64,000 nucleotides of DNA from Octopus bimaculoides (Eukaryota): NCBI RefSeq assembly GCF_001194135.2, contig NC_068985.1, positions 61,006,151-61,070,150 on the forward strand. The letters run 5' to 3'. Of the stretch, positions 14,156 through 26,597 are shown one piece after another; positions within the stretch are counted from its first letter, which is position 1; every line of letters starts with the position of its first letter. The notes under the pieces are model-generated. The model worked only from the letters and a program-made list of their open reading frames with translations, was not told the DNA's origin and searched no databases. Made by a program: the position numbers and the translations under genes.

Positions 14156-14461
14156 CGTTATAATGTGGATCCTCATCCACTTGTATATTGTTATCAGCAC
14201 TGTAATATTCTTGTTGTCACTATTATATTGTGGTGGTATTCTGCATCTTATTATCTTTGACTTGTCTACCTTGCTATTGCTTGTCTACCTTGGTGGTAAC
14301 TCTAACTCATATATACCACGTAACTGACATTGACTCCAACTGAGAACTCGTACAACAACTCTACTACTACTGACCCACTACAACGACTGACTGTCTGACT
14401 TTATAGGGGCTCTCATACCACTTTGTAACATGGGAAGGAGTGTACCATTTTTACTACAACA
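14156..14461 (-). repeat. 5' LTR of the Gypsy element
   Basis: cgttataatgtgg...ctacaaca on the + strand; aligns with 9674-9979, with many transitions and a few indels. Confidence 0.93.
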
Positions 14462-14739
14462 GTTATATACCTCCATCCCCTCCTTCCTACTATCATAAGT
14501 GTCAGTTGATATCTCTCTGAGTGGTCAACTTGTTGCCGGTCTTCTTGGTCTGCCTCCTCTAAATCGTTTTTTAATCTCAGAGTCAAAGTAACGCTAATTT
14601 TGAAGACACTAATCATCAGTTGATGTTAGGAGGTAGATTGTTCACCTGGTAATAGTTTCCCATAACCAGACATGCTTTCACAGAAGACACCACTTGTATA
14701 ACAATGACCGTTCATTTACAACTATCATATAATGTCAAG

Positions 14740-15215
14740 AAGGAGACACACCAAACACTTGCACACATACACACATGATGGGCTTCTTTATAGTTTCTAT
14801 TTACTAAATCCATTAACAAGGCCTTGGTCAACCAAGGATTACAGAAGACACTGGCCCAAAGTATTGTACAGTAGGACTGAATCTGAAACCATGTGGTTGT
14901 TTGGTATGTGAACTTCTTTATCATCCAATCATACTTGTACCTATAAATATTTAGTAATATATACATGCACACACACATGTAGTAAGTGAAGATGTGGCTG
15001 TGTGCTTAAAAAGTTTGCTTCTTTCCCAAATGGTTCCAGATCAGTCCCACTGCAGGTATCTTGAACAAATGTCTCCTACAACAGTCCTTTACCAACCAAA
15101 TCTTAGTGAATGAATTTAGTAGATAAAAACTGAAAGAAGTCCATCATATATCTGCTTTCCATTTGACCCACGCCAGCATGGAAAAAGTGGACGTTAACTC
15201 ATGATGGAGATGATG
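14740..15215. repeat. Two family-B SINE-like copies in opposite orientations, plus an RTE-type tail
   Basis: Minus copy about 14740-14910, plus copy about 14985-15150 (gtggctgtgtgcttaaaagtttgct...), then gcatggaaaaagtggacgtt...gatg. Confidence 0.6.
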
Positions 15216-16033
15216 TACAAGTATGTATGAATAAAAAACTGGTTTGCATATATACATCCATTATTGTTCTTACTCACACAAATACTTAGAGACAGACAGA
15301 AACAGTGGTGTTATACAAGCGGTTATCAAGATCTATATATAGAGACTATTAACAGCCATGTACGTGTGTCAATATCTATACTAAATACTTTATTCATTGG
15401 TTCTTAGCCAATATCAGAAATATAATATCTTACTAAAGAAAAAAAGGATGTTTATTTTTATTCTAATCTCACTTCTTTATTCTTTTTTCTTTATGTCTTT
15501 TTTTTTATACATACCCTAAGTCAGCAGCATAACAGATTTTTTTTAAAAAAAAAACCCTTTTTGCAGAATTTCCTTAAATAAGAACAGATGAATTCCCAGA
15601 AGTCTGTAATGGAATGGATAGATGAAAAGCTGCTTTTGTATACAATTCTTTACTTTGTTATGTAATGTTTTAACATATGCTGATGGTATAAAGATTAAGA
15701 AAAACAAAATTCATTCATTCAAAGAATAAAAAAACAAAAAACTCTACAAAGATAATTTTTAAAGGAATTATTTATAGATTTGTATTGTTATAAACAGAAA
15801 CAAAACAATTTTGAAATATTTCTTAATAAGCAAGGGGGTTGGGATGGAATACCAGCAACAATCTCCATTGTTTCAAAAGCTAGTAGTAAAATTACTTACT
15901 AACTTTATACATTATTTGACTATCAATTTATAAATTATTTTGTTGATTTTGAATTGTTTCTCACTTCTGTTAGGTCTTTTTCCCGTTAACAATTCCATTT
16001 AAATCTAAGTTTCTTTTTTTTTTTCTCTTTTAC

Positions 16034-16250
16034 TTGTTTCAGTCATTTGACTGTGGTCATGCTGGAGCACCGCCTTTTAGTCGAGCAAATCGACCCCAGG
16101 ACTTATTCTTTGGAAGCCTGGTACTTATTCTATCGGTCTCTTTTGCCAAACCGCTAAGTTACAGGGACGTAAACACACCATCATCGGTTGTCAAGCGATG
16201 TTGGGGGACAAACACAGACACACAAACATATACACACATACATATATATA
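16034..16250. repeat. SINE-like repeat (here family C), relatively intact
   Basis: ttcagtcatttgactgtggtcatgctggagcaccgcc...ccgctaagttacagggacgtaaacacacc...(ca)n; related copies near 2380-2530, 18650-18860, 35610-35815, 49700-49830 and 60380-60560. Confidence 0.7.
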
Positions 16251-17169
16251 CATATATACGTATCCATCTATCAAATCCACTCACAAGGTTTTAGTCGGCC
16301 TGAGGCTATAGTAGAAGACACTTGCCCAAGGTGTCACGCAGTGGGAATGGACCTGGAACCATGTGGTTGGTAAGCAAGTTGTATATTAATAGCAATATAA
16401 AACACCCTGGTACTATACTTAATCAACCTTAGGAGAAAAATGAAAGGCAAAAATGGGTCTGGATGGTATTTGAACTCAGAATTTAAGGGGCTATAAATGA
16501 ATATAACAAGGTATTTTCTCTGATACCCTACAGATTCTGTCAGTATTACTTCATAATCACAGATACATTTGAGATGAAGATTTAAAGAAGATATTACCAA
16601 TAATTTAGCTATTGATGAGACTAACAACAGACATTAAGTCACAGTGTCACAGTACTATACAATACCTGTACCAATATTATTAGAACATAAAACTACCATA
16701 ATAGTAGATATTATATGGAATAAAATGAGTGGAGGCAGGTTGGTTCTAGAGTGGCAGTTCTGATGATGGACAATTTCATGCTGAACACACACACACACAT
16801 CTGATAGGCTTTCTACAGTTTCCTTCTACCAAATTCACTCACAAGGCATTGGTTGGCCCAGAGCTATGGCAAACACTTGTCTGAGGTACCAGACATTGGG
16901 ACTGAACCAAAATCCATATGGCTGTGATATGAACTTCTTAACCACACAGATATGCCTGTACCAGTAAACACTGATTGAAATGCAAAATGAACAAATATTT
17001 GAAGTCTTAATGCATCTATCCCTTACACAAACTGAGAGATGAACTTTGTATTATTGTACCTGTTATATATTAGATAGTGATGGACTCTCCCATTAAAGAC
17101 AACGTATGAGTGTTAAGCCTCTTGTCAAACAACTTGCACAAATGGTTTGTTTATAGTAATCAAATGTAT

Positions 17170-17380
17170 GTGTTGTACATTAGCTCACTACCTCCATTAA
17201 ATCAGCATTGTCTGAACAGGTGCACAGTTTACCACACATCAGGTGTTGAAGTGATCGCAGAACAATGTGAAATGAAGTATTTTGCTCAAGAACACAACAC
17301 ACCACCCAGTCCAGGAATTGAAACCATGATCTTGCAATTGTGAGTGCAACACCTTATCCACTAGGCCATGTGTCCTCATT
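17170..17380 (-). repeat. tRNA-headed SINE
   Basis: Reverse strand reads ggacacatggcctagtggataaggtgttgcactcacaattgcaagatcatggtttcaattcctgg (A/B-box-like) then gtgttcttgagcaaatacttcatttcac; a related copy lies near 37260-37430. Confidence 0.6.
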
Positions 17381-17852
17381 AGATAATAACAACTGTCATA
17401 AAAAAAGTAAGGATATACAAAATGGTGTCTCTACATAGTTACTTGAGCAACAAGAAATAACAATCAAATTACCCTCAAATCAAACCTACTGTTTTAAGAA
17501 AATGAAAGGCAACCAATATCACAATCAATGTCTGAATAGTAGAACTGATTATATTAATGGAGATTATGACTGATTATATTAATAGAGATCATGACTATGC
17601 TAGATATTATACCTTAAGAGGCATAATCTTTAAGGGACTATGATGCTATTGACATTGCTCTATGACTCAATTAATACCAGATCATTTCAAGTCACATGCA
17701 AGAGTTAAGACATATCATTGGACCTTTCGGTTTCTATAGTAACAGAGACAATGACATGAATACATTTCAACTGGTATGATAGCAAAGATTGTGTCATAAC
17801 TTATACTGGATCATAACATTAGTCACAAGAGCTGAGATATTGTGACAATGCC

Positions 17853-18640
17853 AACATCATCATTATCATCATTTAACGTCTGTTGTTCATGCTGGCATGG
17901 GTTGGACAGTTTGACTGGGCTGGCACACTGGAAGGCTGCACCAGAATCCAGTCGGATTTGGCATGGTGTTCTATGGCTAGATGCCCTTCCTAGCACCAAC
18001 CACTCTGAGAGTGTAATAAATACTTTTATGGACACGAAACTCAATGTAATAAATACTTTTTTGGACACGAAACTCAGCTTGCAAAGACTTATTGGGGCAA
18101 GCGAAAGCGAAATCGGGATGGCACCTGTGCCCAGCGTCGCCTTTCTGGCACTTGTGCCCGTGGCATGTGCAATGGACTTTCAACTGAGATCGTTGCTAGT
18201 GCCCCTGGACTGGCTCTTGTGTGGGTGGCACATAAAATACACCATTTGAGCGTGGCCGTTGCCAGTACCGCCTGACTGGCCTTCGTGCGGGTGTCATGTA
18301 AAAGCACCCACTACACTCTCAAAGTGGTTGGCGTTAGGAAGGGCATCCAGCTGTAGAAACTCTGCCAAATCAGATTGGAGCCTGGTGTAGCCATCTGGTT
18401 TCACCAGTCCTCAGTCAAATCGTCCAACCCATGCTAGCATGGAAAGTGGACGTTAAACGATGATGATGATGATGATGATGTGCCACCAGCATGGGTGCAT
18501 TTACATGCCACTGGAACAGGTGTCAATTTGCATGATACCGGTATCCGCCATGACTGTGATTTTGCTTGGCTTGATGGGTCTTCTCAAAGCATGACATAAT
18601 GCCAAAGGTCTTGGTCACTGCCTATGTGAGGCCCAACATT
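17853..18640 (-). mobile_element. Older RTE 3'-end copy, split by a younger antisense copy
   Basis: (cat)n tail at 17853, ...ccactctgagagtgtaataaatacttttatg, then resumes as tgccaccagcatgg...gggtcttctcaa after 18480. Confidence 0.65.
18030..18480 (+). mobile_element. Young, CpG-rich, 5'-truncated RTE 3'-UTR copy with (GAT)n tail
   Basis: Intact CpGs and a pure (gat)n tail; close to the reverse complement of 22484-22716; 34 bp tandem duplication at its 5' junction (about 18012-18078). Confidence 0.75.
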
Positions 18641-19298
18641 AACTTTTATTTGTTTCAGTTACACTGGGGCACTACCTTGAAGAATTTAGTAAAACTGATC
18701 AATCACAGTTCTTATGTTTTTGTAAAGCCTGCTACTTAGTCTATTGCTCTCTTTTGCCAAACTGTAAGAGGGATGTAAACAAACCATCACCAGTTGTCAA
18801 GCAGTGGTGGTGGGCAAATGCAAAGCCAAACATGCGTGTGCCCATGTGTGCGCACATACACACGCGCTACTTTCAGTTTCTGACTATCAAATCCATTCAC
18901 AAGGCTTTAGTAGAAGACATTTGCCCCATGGTACTATACAGTGGGGCTGAACCTGAAACCATGTAGATGGGAACAAAATTCTTACCAAGCAGCCATGCCT
19001 ATGCTTACATGTCTCTCTCATTAATAGACATAGTAGCAGAAGTTATGACACAACCTTTATTGAATCATTGCAACTGTCATAACAACATTTTTTTATGACA
19101 GAACTGACTGTACATCACAATAATAGTCACAGAAGTAAGCAATATTTCTCTACACAGCTATGACCCAACAACAGAAAATATGAATTTAATTTGATAATTA
19201 GTAATGAATCATAAATATGAATTAACATACATAAGATTAAGAAATTATTAATTTATTCTCTGAACCACAGATTCCCTACACATTACCTGAAGTAATAT

Positions 19299-20151
19299 CT
19301 TGTAGTAATCCATCTATCAGCCTATTTTTATATAACTATTCTGTGGCAGAAACACTTGAAGGGTTTCTGAAAAACCTGTGAGAAGATTTGAGCTGAGCAT
19401 GACAATATAGTAAGACATGACTATCTATGATACAGAATGTGTGCTACTCTCTACAGGGAGTAGGGGAATGACTGTATTTGTGTGGTGAATTGTTCCATAT
19501 CATACCTCATACCTAGTTACTTTTCCCAACACTGATAAACAAGATATGAAGAATTCTTAAACAACTTCCAATGAAATAAATACCACTTATATTGTTGGGC
19601 TTGATTTGATTTACTAAATAACCTTTCCTAAATAATTTGGCTTGGTTCCTCAAACAGAATAATCTATAAGTGTGTAGATATGTGTTTGAGTGAATATTTG
19701 TGTATATATGTGCAAACATCTAGTGTGTATGATTATGTATGTGTTTATGCCTAAGTATATAATGTTTTTATTTATTTTTGTAATTCCCATACTGTAATTT
19801 TATAAATTCACATTCCAAATGCTTCATTATCACATTAAGGGTAGAGCATGGCAGAAATGATAGCATGTCACGCAAAAAAATTTTACAGTAGCTACTCCCC
19901 ACAAATTTCTGGCCTTGTAGTAATCCATCTATCAGCCTATTTTTATATAACTATTCTGTGGCAGAAACACTTGAAGGGTTTCTGAAAAACCTGTGAGAAG
20001 ATTTGAGCTGAGCATGACAATATAGTAAGACATGACTATCTATGATATGGAACAATTCACCACACAAATACAGTCATTCCCCTACTCCCTGTAGAGAGTA
20101 GCACACATTCTGTATCATAGATAGTCATGTCTTACTATATTGTCATGCTCA
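19299..20151. repeat. Exact direct duplication plus inverted duplication forming a 39 bp perfect stem
   Basis: 19914-20047 is identical to 19299-19432; 20041-20151 is the reverse complement of 19394-19504. Confidence 0.95.
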
Positions 20152-21859
20152 ATTATAACTGATGGAAAAACCAGTTCTTTTTTTTTTAGATATTTCCTTC
20201 AAAGACCCTTCTGGAATGTTTCTGGATGCCTGTTATACTCAGACAGAACTAAAGTTGGTCATTTTAAGATATTTTAAACAAATTTATTGACATTAAAACT
20301 AAAATGGTGACAAAAGATGGAGACAACACCCTACTTAAAGAAAACAAAGACACAAGTGAACCAAAATAGGAACAAGAGAAAACACATTCTTTGATGGAGA
20401 TAATAATATTTCTTTAGACGTGCTTACATGTCTCTCTCATTAATAACAAACATAGTAGCAATACTTCTGGCATTTACAACAGCACTCACACAAGTAAAAA
20501 TGTTAGTGGCAGAAGTTTTGCCAACATTACCGCTACATGGAGGCAATTTTTAGCCATGAGTAGAATCCAGTTGGAGAAGGTAGTTTGGCAGTGGTAGGTA
20601 TATCACAAAAGAGTATGTCTCCCTACTTGAGGAATTTTCCAGCATAATACCTGGGTGAGAGTCAAGGGTATTAGCAATAACACTGATCCTCTGACTTGTC
20701 ACCTTTGTAGCACAATATGGGCCAGTTGTGAATGTAGAAGTGACATAAAATGTAACCATGAGGGGTCAAGTATAGACTTTTAAATTCCGAGCCCCTCTGA
20801 AAACTACAGAAGTATTCCAGAGCTGTAGCTCTTTCTGATAAAAAAAAAAAAAGGGGGGCAATGATATTGGCCATGCAGAACAGAAAGCTATTGCACTTGT
20901 GGCAATCAGAGACATATGAAGGTTTTTTGCCATGAGAAAAGAAAGGTAGACAAAAGGGGAATTAACAGCAGCAGCAACAAAAATTGGAGGCTGCTGTTCC
21001 AACAACAGTATGTCAAAGCCAAGGAAATGGAAGTAGAGATTGTCTTGTTCTTGAACCTGGAAGTAGATGAAGCAGAAGGCCCAACTCCCAGTGGTACCAT
21101 CCCAGCCTATTTTCTTACAAGAATATGGAGATTAGTAACAGATGGATAAGAAGGGTAGGAAAAGAAGAAAAAGAGAGGAAAGAAGAAGGACGAGTGAAGG
21201 TAGAAGACATGTAGGATACTGGAAAAGAAACCTGCCCCAATGTAACCCAATAGGAAAATTATGGACTGTGTATTTTGATGTTTGACTTGTACATGTTGAT
21301 GGGGTGTAAGTTGGATGATAGTACCTGAATTGCCTTCAAAACAGAATGATTTTTGATAGCATCTACACTGATGGTCAACACACAGTCATAGGTCTATTCC
21401 TGCCAGATATCAGGCTCTTCAACATGTAGTCAGCCAAAAAACTGATTACAGGCGTACATATTCCAAAATACAATGAATGTCAGGTGAAAAGGTGTTGTGC
21501 TGCGACCTGACTTAGCTTCTGAGACATGTTTCCAATACAGTGGATGGCAGGTGGACAGTAGCATGAGCTAGGGCCGACCTAGCTTCTTGCACATTGTACA
21601 GTGTGTGTACATGTGTGAACATATTAAAAATGATTAAGCAAAAACACAATAATTAAAATATAAAAGTATAATTTTAAAGAACAGGGAAAATCAAGTAACC
21701 CAGCCATGTAGAGATGAAAACTCAACAGTTAAGTCAGGTCAAAGTGAGCCGTGTTACTGTCCACTTTGCTTCTTCCCTTGTTTTTATCACAGTTTGCTTT
21801 GTTCATCTCTACAAGCTTTGTTTCTCTTATTATTATTATTATTATTATTATTATTGTCA

Positions 21860-22483
21860 TTATTAACAACTGTTACTGTGCTGGGCAAAATGCTTAGTGG
21901 CATTTCATCCATCTTTACGTTCAGAGTTCAAATTTCACCAACTTTACTTTTCATCCTTCAAGGGTCAATAAAAGAAGTACCATTTGAACACTGGTGTCAA
22001 TGTCATCAACTTAACTCTTCCTCAAAAATTTCTGGCCTTGTGCCAAAATTTGAAACTATTAATACTATTATTGTTAATTTTGTTTGTTATTATTATTATT
22101 AGTATTATTTATTTTGTCTGTCTCATGTTCTGAGTCAAATTTTACCGAGGCTGACTTTGCCGTTTATCCTTTCGGTGTCAATAAATTAAGTACCAGTGAA
22201 ATACTGGGGTTGATGTAATTGACTAGCCCTCTCCCCCAAAATAGCTGTTTTGTGGCAAAATTTGAAATCATTATTATTATTATTAAGGCAGCAAGCTGGG
22301 TGAAATGTTTAGTAGCATTTCGTCTGTCTTCACATCCTGAGTTCAAATTCTGCCAAGGTTGACTTTGCCTTTCATCCTTTCAGGGTCAATAAAATAAGTA
22401 CCAGTTGAGTATTGGGGTCAATGAAACTGACTATCCCTCTCCCCCAAATTTTAGGCCTTGTGCCTATAGTAGAAAGGATTATT
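21860..22483 (+). repeat. Three head-to-tail copies of a SINE (here family A) separated by (ATT)n
   Basis: Repeated core gagttcaaatt...ttgactttgcctttcatcctttcagggtcaataaaataagtaccag...ggccttgtgcc. Confidence 0.8.
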
Positions 22484-22716
22484 CATCATCATCATCATCA
22501 TCGTTTAACGTCCGCTTTCCATGCTAGCATGGGTTGGACGATTTGACTGAGGACTGGTGAAACCAGATGGCAACACCAGGCTCCAGTCTGATTTGGCAGA
22601 GTTTCTACAGCTGGATGCCCTTCCTAACGCCAACCACTCAGAGAGTGTAGTGGGTGCTTTTACGTGTCACCCGCACGAAAACGGCCACGCTCGAAATGGT
22701 GTCTTTTATGTGCCAC
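22484..22716 (-). mobile_element. Young RTE 3'-end fragment
   Basis: (cat)n cgtttaacgtccgctttccatgctagcatggg...; close to the reverse complement of 18225-18480. Confidence 0.78.
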
Positions 22717-24040
22717 ATTATTATTATTATTATTATTAATTAATTAACTGTTAATATTTTTAATGTAAAGTTAAATTAATAATTGTATGAAGTGATTTGG
22801 TATGAGAAAAATAGAAACAGGCTTTGATCATAGATCAGTTCAATAAGGGCCATTTTGAGAACCAAGTTTACACTGGATTTGTACAATGTCTATCCAAATA
22901 TATCAACAACCAGAAGGTGAAGAGGAAACCTTAAGACTTTCTTTTTGATCTTCCAGACAATTCCAAATCCACTAAATGTCATCCATCCATATGTAATGCA
23001 CCTCGTTAACACACACAGATGAAAGAAAGATCACAAAAAAAGGCAGGTGTAAATTCCACTGTCAGAAACATTATTTCTCTGTAACACAACATGGTTGCAT
23101 TCTTTCCCAAGAATGGTTATTCACAAGAGAATCTCACAAAAATTTACTGAGAAACTAAATAGACATATAAACAATGTGAAAAAAATATTCAACTAAAATT
23201 CTGGAAAAATAAATTTAAGAAAGAAATTTAATATCGTGTTTAAACAGGTGGAATAAGACAGGTGTTTATGACTAAAGGTGGTAGGAAGTAGGGTTAATAC
23301 AAATGAAAAGGAGTAGGGTTTAACTAGTAAAGTGGGAGGAAGTAGAGATATAACTAATGCGGGGAAGGAGGTAGATTGTAACTAGTAGTAAAAGATAGCT
23401 TAATCAGTGGTTAGGGTGGGTTAAACTAGTGGTGGGGGGAGAGCTTTAACTTGTGGGTGAGATGTTAAATATATGCTGATAGAAGCACTGGGAGAAATAA
23501 ACTTGTCTGGAACGGAAGTTGATGGCAGAAAGTGAGCCAAACATGATAATCATCACCAACAACAACAACAACAGCAGTAGTAGCAATAACAACAACAGCA
23601 GCCATCAACATTACAGTAACATTTAGTGGGAGGCACGATATTAATGTAGTTTATTAAGAACAATTGTTGTCTTGAATTAATTAACTTGTTAATTATGCAA
23701 GATTAAGACTTTGGGGGTTTATTATGGGAGGGAGGCAGTTGTTTAGCAAAGTGTAACAAATAATGCGGGAGTATGTTACCAAGGAGGAGGAGGAAACAGA
23801 AAAGATGTAGGGGAGGGAGTAAAGAAACTTGCTGCAATATAAGACTGGAGATACAGGGAGAAGACATAATGATAGTAATGAATGAAGACAGTTAAATTGA
23901 TCACATTTATAAGGTACATAGAGTCTCATCATTCAACAAATGGCAAACAAGGAAACCACTAGAAATGACAGAAATTACCTCAAACTATATCCTACTGTCT
24001 CAAGTACAGTTACATTGGAGAATGCAGCTTTACATACTTG

Positions 24041-25090
24041 GGATCTGTTCTTGGTCCCTTTTTGTTTGTTGCATTCATTAATGACATAGATGCCAACTTA
24101 AAGAATGCCATAATGCTGAAATATGCAGATGACATCAAGCTGTAACTTGAGATAAAAAAGACAGATCCTGAACACTATAGATCTTTTCTGCAATCGGACC
24201 TGGATACAATGCAACAATGGATCACAGACAGGCAACTCAAGCAGGCTGTGGACAAGTGTACCACCATGCATTTTGGGAGGAAAAACCCAGTGTTCAATTA
24301 CTCTCTCCACAACACTAATATCAAGAAGTTTTCTTGTAAACTTGACCTGGGCATTACTGTCAGCAGTGATCTGCTCTGGACAAAGCACATCTCTAAAATT
24401 ATCAAGCAGGCTGAGGGTATCTTGGCATCACTCAGCAAGACCTTTGTCAGCTGCTCTCCAGCTATCTACTTAAGGCTGTATATGGCTATGGTGTGGCCAC
24501 ATTTGGAATTTGCATCACCAGTTTGGAACCCCTATCTTGCTCAGGACATTGACCTCCTGGAAACTGTTCAGAGACGTGCAACCAAGTGAATACTCTCCAT
24601 CAGGCATCTACCGTACTCTGAATGCCTTGCTTCCCTGGGCATAGATACATTGAAGCTCAGACCTCTGGCAACTGACTTGGTAAACACCCACAGAATTATT
24701 AACCATTGTACCAACAACTACCTTGAGCCTGTTTTTGAGCTCCACGTGTCTAACACATGTGGGCATGCCTACAAAGTCAGAAAACAGCACAGCTGTTTTG
24801 GAAACATTTTTTCACACTCAGACATGCTAAAGCATGGAACAAACTACCTGCATCAGTTGTTAGTTGCTGAAACATTGCATCCTTTAAAATTTCCATGCTT
24901 TCTGAAATTTGCCAACACTACACCTAATATATCCCCAAAGCTCCATATGCATGCACACATGTATATCATGACTCATATATTCTTCATTTTCCTGACTTTT
25001 GTACATAATTCTATGTACTGTACATGCACCTTTGATGAGTTGTAGTGCACCTGAGCACTATACACAATAATTTCATTATTATTATTATTA
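24041..25090 (+). mobile_element. CR1/L2-type LINE 3' fragment (RT pseudogene) with (ATT)n tail
   Basis: GSVLGPFLFVAFIND..LKYADDIKL*, LQSDLD, KCTTMHFG, DLGITVSSDLLWTKHI, LYMAMVWPHLEFASPVWNPY..DIDLLETVQRRATK*. Confidence 0.9.
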
Positions 25091-26261
25091 AAATGATTGA
25101 ATGGTTATGGCTGGAATGCATTCGATCATAGGCTTGCTCAATCATGACTGACTTAGAGCTAAACAACAACAATAAACTGTCTATAAGGGATCCACTAGGC
25201 AGTTAACTGACCTTTTAATTTTTATTGTTTGGTCTAGTGGGAAGGGTTGTGTCTACGGAGTCACAGCAGGCCCATCAGGACTGGAGATACTGACACAAGG
25301 CTGAAAGAATAACAAAGGCAGGGAGGAAGTCCCAGAGGGGAGATGTTCTGGGAAAGAAGGATTAGGCGTACTGCTTAATGAGGCCCCTAAGTGGAGAGGG
25401 AGTCAATGTGGATAATGGGAGGAAGATGGAGAGGAGTTGCCAAATATTCCTCAAGTCTTGCCTTCTGTCATAAAAAAGGAAGGTTACATTGGATAATTTA
25501 TTCCTAGGTACACTATGTGAAAGACAGGATAGTCATAACTAGTATATCTTTGATCAAGGTATTTTTGCTTAATCAGAACTGACCTGGTGCTAAACAATAT
25601 CAAGATAAAACACACACCTTTTACAGATGACACTGTATGATAATAATGTAATGACACCTCCTGTACTAATTTGAATAGGAGAAGTAATGGCCATAATTGC
25701 TTTTAAGATATAGGCTAAAGGACAGTGTAACTGAGAGGGGTTAGTATGGGTGTTAGTAGTAACTAGAGGGAAAACAAGTTGAGTGATGTAAAGAGAGGAT
25801 GAGATATAGTTGTTGCTGTTGTTGTCTACGACTAAAACAGACCTGATCAATCTGTACAGTCACTGATATATCTGTCATCAAGCTGTATAGTTACTGATAT
25901 ATTTCTAATTTATCTCTATGGTTACTGATCTATAGACACTGAGGTTTCTATAGACTCCTGAAATCACTGATGTTTCTCTGATCTCTGTAGTCTCTGCTAC
26001 TTCTGTGTCCTCTCTCACAGAAAGAAAAAAATCCTGTTGAAGTTAGCAGAATGATGTAAAATGATGTTACTGGTGTAGGGTTTAGTTAGATGATAGTAAA
26101 GATGTGATTGATGTGAAAGGTAATGATAGACCAGTTTGTAAATACCAAATATTTCAATATGAAACAGCTAAAATGAGTTCAATGATGGGAATCAAACTAA
26201 AAACATTGGTTTATACTCCAGTTATTGAGAACTTTGACAAAATATATTAAATTAAATTAAC

Positions 26262-26444
26262 CTTGAGCCAGCCTTGTTGGCTTGGTAATAATGACACCAT
26301 CCAGGGCACACATTTTTGCAATAGGGTAGAATGTGATGATATTGTTTTTGTTTTCAATGAAGCAATGTTCACTTTCAACTCCAGTCCCCTGTATGATAAT
26401 ATCTTGAAGAGCGGTAGCATCGCTGGTTCCAATCTTGGTGATAC
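26262..26444 (-). CDS. PHLDB1: PHLDB/LL5 (pleckstrin homology-like domain family B) coding exon, FHA domain core; 183 bp, phase 1-1
   Basis: (G)ITKIGTSDATALQDIIIQGTGVESEHCFIENKNNIITFYPIAKMCALDGVIITKPTRLAQ(G) resembles the recalled vertebrate PHLDB1 segment RTVIG..DISLQGPGLAPEHCYIENLRGTLTLYP..CTIDG..PTRLTQG. Acceptor ttgtgtatttctttag, donor gttaat; phase matches the upstream exon. Confidence 0.9.
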
Positions 26445-26597
26445 CTAAAGAAATACACAACAGAAATTCCAGTTAATTCCAGACACAGAGAAAAGTATTC
26501 ATTTCATTATTTTATGTTATTTAGATTGGGTTTTGTAATTTTATAAACAACTGACACAAGAAAGAGTCACAAAATCAAGTCACCTTCAGAGATTTAA

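Larger units (their letters stand above)
9674..14461 (-). mobile_element. Complete, decayed Ty3/Gypsy LTR retrotransposon (Mag/K02A2.6-like), 4788 bp, 5 bp TSD GTTAT
   Basis: Paired LTRs; gttat at 9669-9673 and 14462-14466; polypurine tract (aaaaggagtga, minus strand) next to the 3' LTR; TGG-starting putative PBS next to the 5' LTR; gag-PR-RT-RNaseH-IN order. Confidence 0.95.
7090..14710 (-). mobile_element. RTE-clade LINE remnant, interrupted by the Gypsy element at 9674-14461
   Basis: Minus-strand fragments in RTE order: KLLPGEQSTS*HQLMISVFKI (about 14650), IEQSWQFLQDSLL...W*WWNN (about 9600), IIQEGVIP, KVIERVIAKLIRDRISLDK..GFLSGRGISDTIFLVKQLQ (about 8850), NKLLYLAFVRLEKVF, AKIRTGWRMFRELKSLLITKSLSLRVKGRLCDAC (about 8400). 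The UTR tract (7300-8040) and (cat)n tail (about 7090) follow. Confidence 0.87.

Noticed and set aside
20550-21600. Possible very old I/Ingi-like LINE remnant (SLYFGICTPV..; SHPGI..)
   Set aside because: Similarity is too weak and fragmentary to support without a profile search.
23250-23470. Degenerate TAGGGTT-containing repeats suggesting an interstitial telomere
   Set aside because: No tandem (TTAGGG)n array; only a loose purine-rich minisatellite of about 28 bp.
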